The notes under the pieces: generated by a model
Seen by the model: the letters and a program-made list of their open reading frames with translations, nothing else
Told to the model about the DNA's origin: nothing
The model's database searches: none
Part shown: piece by piece, positions 9,301 through 16,719 of the stretch
How positions within the stretch are numbered: position 1 is the stretch's first letter
Layout: every line of letters begins with the position of its first letter
Assembly (NCBI GenBank): GCA_947168085.1
Contig: CAMVKM010000003.1
Coordinates: forward strand, 1 to 46,851
Source: an uncultured Clostridia bacterium
Lineage (GTDB): Bacteria > Bacillota > Clostridia > Christensenellales > UBA1242
Reading direction: 5' to 3'
DNA length: 46,851 nucleotides
Translations under genes and position numbers: made by a program

Positions 9301-9999
9301 TTTTATGGTTAAAGATTTTGTTCCTTCATTATATCCACCAACGATTCCACCAACAGAACTGTAACCACTGATATTAACAGCACTAGAACAATTTTCAATT
9401 AAAATAATGCCCCGAGTAAAACCAATAAAAGCACCTATTTCAATCCAATCAGGTTGATTTTCATAAACTGTCCCTGTGTAAGTTATTGTTCCACTTATAA
9501 TGCTTAAATTTTTTATGTAACCATTGTTTATACAACCAAACAAACCAGCTTGTTCATAAGGCCCAACATCAACATTAATTACTAAATTTGCAATCGATTT
9601 GTTGTTGCCATCATAAAAGTAACTACATAAATCTTCAGCATGATTAATTGGAATCCAGTGATGACTAGAACCATTAAGGTCAATATTTACTGTTTGTTTG
9701 AAGTAGCAATTATTAAAATTTGAATAATTTGCACTAAGATACGCCAAGTTTTCGGCACTTTCAACCAAATAGGGATCGCTTTCAGTTCCTGTGCCATGAG
9801 TAAACGCAGTAGCATTACCAGACCACGCTGCTGTGGAAGGAGCATCAACGGGAGAAACTACTTCCAAATTTTTTTGTGTTTGGGTTAAATTAACAACTAA
9901 AAGCCCCCCCCCCGCAAGGGTTAGAGCAAAAATTACACAAACTAAAATAGTTTTCCAATTTTTCAATGCAAAACTCTTAAAACTTTTGTTTGTTTTCAT
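6355..9999 (-). CDS. 1214-aa surface protein: N-terminal TM, GLUG-like beta-helix repeats, four Ig-like stalk repeats
   Basis: GTGTESDPY start motif, many NCxNxGxV...GGIVG repeats, then repeats of P...TY.G...AGTY...W.DG...WTI. Confidence 0.9.
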   Translation of the reverse strand: MKTNKSFKSFALKNWKTILVCVIFALTLAGGGLLVVNLTQTQKNLEVVSPVDAPSTAAWSGNATAFTHGTGTESDPYLVESAENLAYLSANYSNFNNCYFKQTVNIDLNGSSHHWIPINHAEDLCSYFYDGNNKSIANLVINVDVGPYEQAGLFGCINNGYIKNLSIISGTITYTGTVYENQPDWIEIGAFIGFTRGIILIENCSSAVNISGYSSVGGIVGGYNEGTKSLTIKNCSNSGALTTITKACGGIVGRGVNSVTNVLIENCTNSGVINASTNYAGGIVGEFVGNQIILQNCSNNAAVSGHVNDTYVGGICGSFWGDCYCQILNCTNSGTLTATDICGGIVGHAEHGEIKNCSNQGQIVLCNDTDNFDIGGIVGQIVTTSSLIVESCQNNGNINSTSKPSCSVGGIIGVIYYNAKIINCENLKPVNGTSGVGGVVGYVYPNSVFKLFDSTNSGNITSSSHTGGIVGHADTSSMQSVISNCLNTGTVSSSRAGGIIGLCDTNIVIQNSKNAGSINGNGDTTGGIAGYIQNSVGAIRNCINDGNITGNDWTAGICGAIGGANAEFVIENCVNSSSISAPNNFVVGGILGGSNGEPTKQQKILNCQNLGTVNGDSRVGGIVGQFDGVDATSSIVFDGCVNHSAVNGRDIVGGLIGITFDPCTIQNSCNYGAVSSTATVGGLLGYAGGNAVLTIKNCFNKGSVNMPNTWGTICGGIVGCVASINCNISFCYNLGNVTASTTVFSVVGGIVGRFDKSSANVSYCYNKGNLCGYDVGGILSEVYGSNLTANSTTTISYCYNAAKIEGINCAQIFCITDMSQTQYAYLSMTNCYADSSLSSLGLYWSSTHLTATGCSPYTTTNMQSVSDNTKPSNFENTWTTNEWYFKANQYPELLFKQTAPTARSATYNYDGSVQNFLMNDFNSNDMEITGVDKATDSGTYYVTIALKDTTLHKWANGSTTPVQLSWTINKTSLTKPTVTIPANLTFNDSVQYPTITGFDAITMELQGTAQAINAGTYQFSILPKKNYQWSDGTTDALTFEWTIAKANIDASALPSQSGSLTYNGKARNVAWTSYDTTKLTVGGTTSAKNAGTYFATFTPTENYKFSDGAASKQVSWTISKKTLTNPSLNKTNNEFTFSGTTQDATSVLQNFDSTKMTMEGNTQALRAGTYIFMIYLKEAYKDNYVFANGRDFVTISWTILPFNIENGTVSVVGN
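9904..9913 (-). repeat. G10 homopolymer in the signal-region codons (candidate phase-variation tract)
   Basis: GCG GGG GGG GGG encodes A-G-G-G. It is the longest G/C run I saw in this AT-rich window. Confidence 0.85.
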
Positions 10000-10021
10000 A
10001 ATTTCCCCCTATTTTTTGTTT

Positions 10022-10076
10022 TAGATACACTTTAATTCGCCATACTCTCTTGCTAAGGCTGCGAAAAGTGAATCTA
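10022..10076 (-). promoter_or_regulatory. Structured 5' UTR element of the GLUG surface protein gene
   Basis: UAGAUUCACUUU pairs with AAAGUGUAUCUA (one mismatch), with inner UCGC/GCGA. It lies between the promoter and the RBS. Confidence 0.55.
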
Positions 10077-10094
10077 CATATTGTCTATGGTCAT

Positions 10095-10123
10095 AGTATA
10101 CACAATTTTTGTGAAAAAATCAA
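10095..10123 (-). promoter_or_regulatory. sigma-A-like promoter
   Basis: TTGATT-17nt-TATACT. Confidence 0.65.
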
Positions 10124-10193
10124 ATGTTTTTAAATGAAAAGTTAAAAAATTTTAAAAAAAATTGATTTTGGGTTAAAACTGGTTGTTTTTAAC

Positions 10194-10220
10194 AAAAAAA
10201 GTGTGAAAAAATCACACTTT
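10194..10220 (-). terminator. Terminator after hemW
   Basis: aaagtgtga/tcacacttt hairpin with U tract on the minus strand. Confidence 0.65.
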
Positions 10221-11337
10221 AAACAAAAAATTTTTCAATAATATAGTTTGAAACCTGAAAATTTGTTATTTTTAAATAACCATTTTGTATTGATATTAGA
10301 CCGCTTTGTTGTAATTCTTTTAGCTCTTTTTCAAATTGCTTTTCAAAATCTGTGTTAAATTTTTTGTTAAAATCTTTTAAATTTAACCCATTTTCAGTGC
10401 GAAGAGCCAGCATAATTGTTTCGTTTTGCGCTGTTAAAGGAGTTTCTTTTTCAACATTTTGTTTTTGAAAAGGCAAATTTAGGTAATCATCAAGACTTTT
10501 GGTGTTTTCATAGTGCTCGCCACCAAAAAAAGAATAGGCAGCAACACCAAAGCCCAAAAACTCGCCACGAGCCCAATAGTTTTGGTTGTGCTTGCACTCA
10601 AAACCCTTGATGGCAAAATTGCTGATTTCATAACGATTGTAGCCATGCTTTTTTAATTCTTGAACAGCCGTTTCATAAAGCTTTACGCTTTGATCTTCAT
10701 TTGGCAAAACAACCTGTTTTGAATTTACCATTTTGAAAAGTTGTGTGCTTTCTTCAACCATAAGTCCATATGCTGAAATGTGACAAACACCTTGATTTGC
10801 CAAAAAATTTATCGCATTTTTTAGATTTTGTGTTGTTTGGTTTGGTGTGCCAATTAAGATGTCTGCATTAATATTCTTAAATCCCGCATTTTTTGCCCAC
10901 AAAATTGCATTTTCAAAATCTTTTTTTGTGTGTGGTCTGCCTAAAAACTTTAAAACTTTGTTGTTACAGGACTGCAAACCAAAGCTCAAACGATTTATGC
11001 CAGCGTTTTTGTAGGCAAAAGCTTTTTGCTCATCAAAACTTTCGGGGTTTGCTTCTAATGTTATTTCACAAGTTTTTGTTAGATTAAAATTTTGTTTTAT
11101 GGTACTTAAAATTTGGCAAATGCATTCACTTGGCAAAATTGAAGGTGTTCCGCCCCCAAAAAAGATTGATTTTAGTTTGTAATCTTTCAAAATTTGTTTG
11201 TAGGTTAAAATTTCTTCTTGCAATCTTTTTGTGTAAAATTCAAAACAATTTTGTTTATTAATAAAAGACACAAAGCCGCAATAAATGCATTTGGACACAC
11301 AAAAAGGAATGTGTATGTAAAAACTTAATTCTTTCAT
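10219..11337 (-). CDS. hemW: Radical SAM heme chaperone HemW (HemN-like)
   Basis: YIHIPFCVSKCIYC, GGGTPS, YEISNF, HNxxYW; directly downstream of lepA. Confidence 0.9.
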   Translation of the reverse strand: MKELSFYIHIPFCVSKCIYCGFVSFINKQNCFEFYTKRLQEEILTYKQILKDYKLKSIFFGGGTPSILPSECICQILSTIKQNFNLTKTCEITLEANPESFDEQKAFAYKNAGINRLSFGLQSCNNKVLKFLGRPHTKKDFENAILWAKNAGFKNINADILIGTPNQTTQNLKNAINFLANQGVCHISAYGLMVEESTQLFKMVNSKQVVLPNEDQSVKLYETAVQELKKHGYNRYEISNFAIKGFECKHNQNYWARGEFLGFGVAAYSFFGGEHYENTKSLDDYLNLPFQKQNVEKETPLTAQNETIMLALRTENGLNLKDFNKKFNTDFEKQFEKELKELQQSGLISIQNGYLKITNFQVSNYIIEKFFV

Positions 11338-11347
11338 ATCTTTCCTT

Positions 11348-13147
11348 TTAGTTATCTATTTTTAAAATGTTTATGAAAGCTTCGGCTGGAACTTCAACAT
11401 TTCCAAGTGTTCTCATACGCTTTTTGCCTTCTTTTTGCTTTTCCAAAAGTTTGCGTTTTCTGGTGATGTCTCCACCATAACATTTTGCTAAAACATCCTT
11501 TCTAACAGCTTTTACTGTTTCACGAGCAATAATTTTTCCACCAATTGCAGCTTGAATTGGAACTTCAAATTGTTGCCTTGGAATTGCTTCTTTTAACTTT
11601 TCAGCAATCATTCTTCCACGTTCTTGTGCGTGCTCACGATGAACAATAAGGCTTAACGCATCACATGGCTCACCTTTTAGCAAAATGTCTAGTTTTACCA
11701 AATCGCTTGGCCTGTAGTCACTAAGTTCATAGTCAAGACTTGCATAACCTTTTGTCCTGCTTTTTAGGTTATCAAAAAAGTCATAAATAATTTCGTTTAA
11801 TGGCATGTCATAAACAAGTTTAACTCGCCTGTCGTCAATATATTGAACATCGATGCTAATTCCTCTGCGCTGTTGGCAAAGGTCCATAATACCACCCATA
11901 TACTCTGGTGGTGTGTAGATGTGCATATGAACAAAAGGCTCTTCCAAACGCTGTATGGTGCTTGGTTCTGGCAAATTTGATGGGTTGCTTACTTCAAGCA
12001 TGCTTCCATCTGTTTTGTAAACATGATAACTAACACCCGGCGCTGTTGTTATAATTTCTAAATTAAACTCACGTTCAATTCGCTCCTGAATGACTTCCAT
12101 GTGAAGTAGCCCCAAAAATCCACACCTAAATCCAAAACCAAGTGCAGTGGAATTTTCGGCGGTGTATTCTAAAGCGCTGTCATTTAGTTTTAGTTTTTCC
12201 AACGCATCTTTAAGTTCGTTAAACTTGCTTCCATCTGCTGGAAAAATTCCAGAAAACACAACTGGCTGAACTTTTTTGTAACCAGCAAGTGGCTTTGGAA
12301 TTGGATTTGTTGCGCTTGTGATTGTGTCACCAACTTGAGTGTCTGCAACTTTTTTGATGCTTGCACAAACATATCCAACTTCACCAGCGCTTAAACAATC
12401 GCAAGGTTTTGGAGATGGTGTAAAATAGCCCACTTCAGTTACATCGAACTGTTTTTGTGTGTGCATAAACAAAATTTTGTCGCCAGCTTTTAGTGTTCCA
12501 TCAAACACACGAATCATGCACACAGCTCCTTTAAAATTGTCGTAGTAACTGTCAAAAATAAGGCATTTTAATGGAGCATTTTTATCACCTTTTGGAGCGG
12601 GAAATTCTTTTATGATGCCATCAAGAACTTGTGTTATGTTAATTCCTTCTTTTGCAGAAATTTCTGGTGCATGCATTGCTGGAATTCCAACAACATCTTC
12701 ACTTTCTTGTTTTGCTTTTTGTGGGTTTGCACTTGGAAGGTCAATTTTGTTGATTACTGGCAAAATTTCAAGGTTGTTGTCTAGCGCTAAGTAGGCATTT
12801 GCAAGCGTTTGCGCTTCAACACCTTGCCCAGCATCAACAATTAGTATTGCCCCTTCACATGCAGCAAGTGAACGGCTTACTTCATACGTAAAGTCAACAT
12901 GCCCTGGAGTGTCAATAAGGTTTAAAACATATTCAACGCCATCTTTTTTGTAAAGCATTCTGGTTGGTGCAAGCTTTATGGTGATTCCACGCTCCCTTTC
13001 AAGATCCATGCTGTCAAGCAGTTGATTTTGCATATCACGAGTGGCAAGTGTTCCTGTTGCTTCGATAAGCCTGTCTGCCAAAGTGCTTTTTCCATGATCT
13101 ATGTGTGCAACAATACAAAAGTTGCGAATGTTTTTTTGTTCAGCCAT
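11348..13147 (-). CDS. lepA: Elongation factor 4
   Basis: [49 protein letters not shown] 13147 has RBS GGAG. Confidence 0.98.
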   Translation of the reverse strand: MAEQKNIRNFCIVAHIDHGKSTLADRLIEATGTLATRDMQNQLLDSMDLERERGITIKLAPTRMLYKKDGVEYVLNLIDTPGHVDFTYEVSRSLAACEGAILIVDAGQGVEAQTLANAYLALDNNLEILPVINKIDLPSANPQKAKQESEDVVGIPAMHAPEISAKEGINITQVLDGIIKEFPAPKGDKNAPLKCLIFDSYYDNFKGAVCMIRVFDGTLKAGDKILFMHTQKQFDVTEVGYFTPSPKPCDCLSAGEVGYVCASIKKVADTQVGDTITSATNPIPKPLAGYKKVQPVVFSGIFPADGSKFNELKDALEKLKLNDSALEYTAENSTALGFGFRCGFLGLLHMEVIQERIEREFNLEIITTAPGVSYHVYKTDGSMLEVSNPSNLPEPSTIQRLEEPFVHMHIYTPPEYMGGIMDLCQQRRGISIDVQYIDDRRVKLVYDMPLNEIIYDFFDNLKSRTKGYASLDYELSDYRPSDLVKLDILLKGEPCDALSLIVHREHAQERGRMIAEKLKEAIPRQQFEVPIQAAIGGKIIARETVKAVRKDVLAKCYGGDITRKRKLLEKQKEGKKRMRTLGNVEVPAEAFINILKIDN

Positions 13148-13309
13148 AAAAATTCTCCAAAATTTTAGTTTTTCTTTGTTTATTATATCAAAAAGATGAA
13201 AAAGTTGCAAGAATTTTTAATTATTTACAAAAAAATATGCAAAAATAGTAGTCTTTTTTATATTTTTATGATATATTTATTGTAATACAAAATTTGGGGA
13301 GAGTTTTTT

Positions 13310-14056
13310 ATGGACATAAAAGATAGTTGGCTTTTAAATCAATTTGTGGCTCACAGAGGCTTTCACAACAAAGAAAATCCAGAAAACACATTAGGTGCAG
13401 CAAAGAGAGCCATTGAAAACAATTATGCTATTGAATGTGATGTTAGAATGCTTGCTGATGGAACACTTGTGTTGTTTCATGACGACACATTGTCTAGAGT
13501 TACACACAAAGATGGTTACGTTTCTGCTCTTTTAAAAGACGATTTGAAAAAAATGAAAATTTTGGATAGTGAACAAACTATTCCAACAGTTGAAGAACTT
13601 TTAAAACTTGTTAATGGACAAGTTCCAATTCTTTTTGATATTAAAGATAGTGACGTAAAAAGTGACCGAAAACTTGAAAAAACACTCTCTGAACTTTTAG
13701 ATAGCTATGATGGCGAATTTGCTGTTGCATCATCAAACCCTTATGTTGTTTGGTGGTTTAAAGAAAACAGACCCGCCTTTTTAAGAGGTTATGTTTCAAG
13801 TTTTTATCGTAATGAAGAAGAGGGCAAACAATTTGTTAAATCTTGGATTGTGAGAAAACTTTTAAAACACCTTGCATTAAGAAAAAAAATTAAACCAAAT
13901 TTTGTTATGTATTGTAAAGACAATTTGCCAAACCGTTTTGTTAAAAAGGCAAAACTACCAGTGCTTGGTTGGACTGTTAGAAGCAAAACGGAACTTGAAA
14001 AAACTTTTAAATACGCTGATAACATTATTTTTGAAAATTTTGAACCTAAGATATAA
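13310..14056 (+). CDS. Glycerophosphodiester phosphodiesterase
   Basis: AHRG, PENT, ECDV, FHD and WTV motifs. Confidence 0.9.
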   Translation: MDIKDSWLLNQFVAHRGFHNKENPENTLGAAKRAIENNYAIECDVRMLADGTLVLFHDDTLSRVTHKDGYVSALLKDDLKKMKILDSEQTIPTVEELLKLVNGQVPILFDIKDSDVKSDRKLEKTLSELLDSYDGEFAVASSNPYVVWWFKENRPAFLRGYVSSFYRNEEEGKQFVKSWIVRKLLKHLALRKKIKPNFVMYCKDNLPNRFVKKAKLPVLGWTVRSKTELEKTFKYADNIIFENFEPKI

Positions 14057-14086
14057 AAAATATGCTGCAATGCAGCATATTTTTTT
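14055..14086. terminator. Bidirectional intrinsic terminator
   Basis: aaaaaatatgctgca-a-tgcagcatattttttt. Confidence 0.8.
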
Positions 14087-14103
14087 GTGTTAAGTGTTGT
14101 TTT

Positions 14104-16602
14104 TTAGCTATTTTTGTTGTTTGTTTTGTTGTGTCTACTTAAAATTCTTTCAACATAGTCTTTTACTGTTATTTTGTTCTTTTTGTGTTTTGAAACAAAA
14201 TATGCAACAAGTTTTTCAATTCCAAAAAACAACAACAGCAAAACAACAATTGAAGCAAGACCAATGTAAAGCCACATATATCCCCTTTCACTCATTATAT
14301 CAATTTGCAGCAAATTGTAAAGTGGTGTGCCAAAAAACAAAGATGTTCCATAAAGATTTGAAAACATCAAAAATCCTGCAATAACACAAACCAAAACACT
14401 TGAAATAACAATTAAACGATATTTGTTAAATGGCCAAGACACTCTTGCAATAACAAGAATTTGGTTTAGAGTTAAAAGCACAACAATAATAGTTTGAACT
14501 TCGGCTGGAGTTAACTTTAAAACACCTTGCATAAAATACAAGAAAACAGCAATAGTAAACACAACAGCAGCTCCTAAAGCCGATTTTGAAAGAATGCTCC
14601 GCAAAAAGCCATCTTTAATAAGTTCTTTGTTTGGCTGCAACGCCAAAGCAAAACTTGCAAGGCCAATTGCAAAATATTCCATAAGTATTAATTGCACTGG
14701 CGAAAATGGATACTCAAAAGCAAACAAAATACAAAAGATTGAAAAAGCAACAGAAAACATTGTTTTTGTCAAAAACAGCGGCGCTGAAATTCTAATGTTG
14801 TTTGTAACTCTTCGTCCTTCAGCAACAACATTTTGCATACGGCAAAAATTGCTGTCTGTTAAAATTAATTGAGAAACTCTTCTGGCAGCATCTGCTCCGC
14901 CCCCAATTGCAACCGAACAATCAGCTTCTTTTAATGCCAAAATGTCATTAACACCATCACCAATCATTGCAACTTTTTTGCCACTTAATTTAAGCGCTTG
15001 AATCAAAAGTTTTTTTTGATGTGGAACAACTCTTCCAAACACAACATATTCACTTGCAACCTTAACAACTTCTTCATCTGTTAGTCCTTCAAGACTAATG
15101 TATTTGTCTGCCCCAGCAATTCCCGCACGACCCGCAACTTCGCTAACTGTTAATGGATTATCACCAGAAATAACCCGAACAGTAACACCGTTTTCATTAA
15201 AATATTTTATGGTGTCAATAGCATCTTGCCTAATGTTGTCTTCCAAAACAATAAGCCCCAAAGGATTTATTGTTTTTGGTTTTGTTTTTCCATCATAAAT
15301 TGTTTTGCTGGTTGCCACAACCATAACACGAAAACCCATTGCAGCAAAATCGCTAACTTGCTTTAAAATGTCTGTGTGCTTTTCTTTGATTAAAAGCATT
15401 TCTGGTGCGCCCATAAAACATGAACCCAGTTCTTGAAATGTTACACAAGAAAATTTTGTTTCACTTGAAAAGTTGAAATGTTTTAATTCTTTGTAAACTT
15501 TTTTTGGAACAAAATGTTTTTTTAGTGCAAGTGATGTATCATTGTCGCCATCTAGGCATGCAAACATGCTTTTTATGATGCTGTCTAGTTGCTTTTCATT
15601 AGTGTTGTTTAAACAAACAAGTTGTTTTAAGTTCATGCTTCCATCAGTGATTGTTCCTGTTTTGTCCATACAAATTGTGTTAACCCTTGCAAGCATTTCA
15701 ATACAGTAAAGATCTTGAACCAAAATGTTTTTCTTTGCAAGCCTTATAACGCTCACAACAAGTGCTGTTGAAGTTAAAAGGAAAAGCCCTGATGGAATCA
15801 TTCCCAAAATTGCACCCGCTGTCTTTACAATTGTGTTGTTCACATTTTCAACACCTGTGTAGGAACGATAGAACAAAAGTACTGCAATTGGAATAATAAT
15901 TGTTCCAATAATTTTTATGATGTAGTTTAGGGTGTTCAAAATTACAGAATTTGGTTTTTTGTATTTCTTTGCTTGATTTGCAAGATTTAAAACAAATGTG
16001 TCTAAACCAACTTTGTCTGCCCTAACTTTTGCAAAACCACTAACAACAAAACTTCCAGACAAAACTGTGTCGCCTGCCTTTTTTGTTATTGGAACGCTTT
16101 CACCAGTAAGCAGCGATTCATTAACCCTTACTTCACCTTCTAAAACAATGGCATCACAAGGAATTTGTTGCCCATTTTCAAGAATTACAACATCATCTAA
16201 AACAATTTGATTTGCAAAAATTTCTTGAGTTTGTCCATCTCGCACAACCTTTGTTTTTGATGCTGCCACCAAAGACAATTTGTCTACAAGTTTTTTTGAT
16301 TTTAAACGCTGAATAATTCCAATAAGCCAGTTTGCAATCACAACCACCAAAAATGTGAGTTGAGTGTAGGCCCCAATAACAATTAAAACAATGGCAATAG
16401 CAAAAAAGATTGCATTAAAAAATGTGCAAGTTTCTTGCATTATTATTCCAAAAACAGATTGTGAATTTTTGGATTTGTCTGGGTTGTTGTAGCCCATTTT
16501 GTTTCGCTCTTCAACTTGGCTTGAACTTAATCCAACATTTACGTCTGGTTTAATCCGTTTTGGAACACGTCCCTTTTTCCTTTTATATTGTTTTTCTTTC
16601 AT
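14104..16602 (-). CDS. P-type cation-transporting ATPase (CtpE-like)
   Basis: TGES, DKTGT, SGDN and GDGVND motifs; about 10 TM helices. Confidence 0.92.
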   Translation of the reverse strand: MKEKQYKRKKGRVPKRIKPDVNVGLSSSQVEERNKMGYNNPDKSKNSQSVFGIIMQETCTFFNAIFFAIAIVLIVIGAYTQLTFLVVVIANWLIGIIQRLKSKKLVDKLSLVAASKTKVVRDGQTQEIFANQIVLDDVVILENGQQIPCDAIVLEGEVRVNESLLTGESVPITKKAGDTVLSGSFVVSGFAKVRADKVGLDTFVLNLANQAKKYKKPNSVILNTLNYIIKIIGTIIIPIAVLLFYRSYTGVENVNNTIVKTAGAILGMIPSGLFLLTSTALVVSVIRLAKKNILVQDLYCIEMLARVNTICMDKTGTITDGSMNLKQLVCLNNTNEKQLDSIIKSMFACLDGDNDTSLALKKHFVPKKVYKELKHFNFSSETKFSCVTFQELGSCFMGAPEMLLIKEKHTDILKQVSDFAAMGFRVMVVATSKTIYDGKTKPKTINPLGLIVLEDNIRQDAIDTIKYFNENGVTVRVISGDNPLTVSEVAGRAGIAGADKYISLEGLTDEEVVKVASEYVVFGRVVPHQKKLLIQALKLSGKKVAMIGDGVNDILALKEADCSVAIGGGADAARRVSQLILTDSNFCRMQNVVAEGRRVTNNIRISAPLFLTKTMFSVAFSIFCILFAFEYPFSPVQLILMEYFAIGLASFALALQPNKELIKDGFLRSILSKSALGAAVVFTIAVFLYFMQGVLKLTPAEVQTIIVVLLTLNQILVIARVSWPFNKYRLIVISSVLVCVIAGFLMFSNLYGTSLFFGTPLYNLLQIDIMSERGYMWLYIGLASIVVLLLLFFGIEKLVAYFVSKHKKNKITVKDYVERILSRHNKTNNKNS

Positions 16603-16687
16603 AAACTAAATTATAACATATATTTTATTTAATTGCAAAAGAAAAAGTGAAAAAAAATTTTAAATTTTAAAAAATTTTGTAAAAAAC

Positions 16688-16709
16688 AAAAAAAGGCTTG
16701 TGCCTTTTT
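16688..16709 (-). terminator. Terminator after the 620-aa gene
   Basis: aaaaaggc-ttgt-gccttttt. Confidence 0.6.
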
Positions 16710-16719
16710 ATTGTTTATC

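Noticed and set aside
6355-9999. Diversity-generating retroelement or shufflon acting on the surface proteins
   Set aside because: No reverse transcriptase or recombinase in the window, and paralog differences are not adenine-specific.
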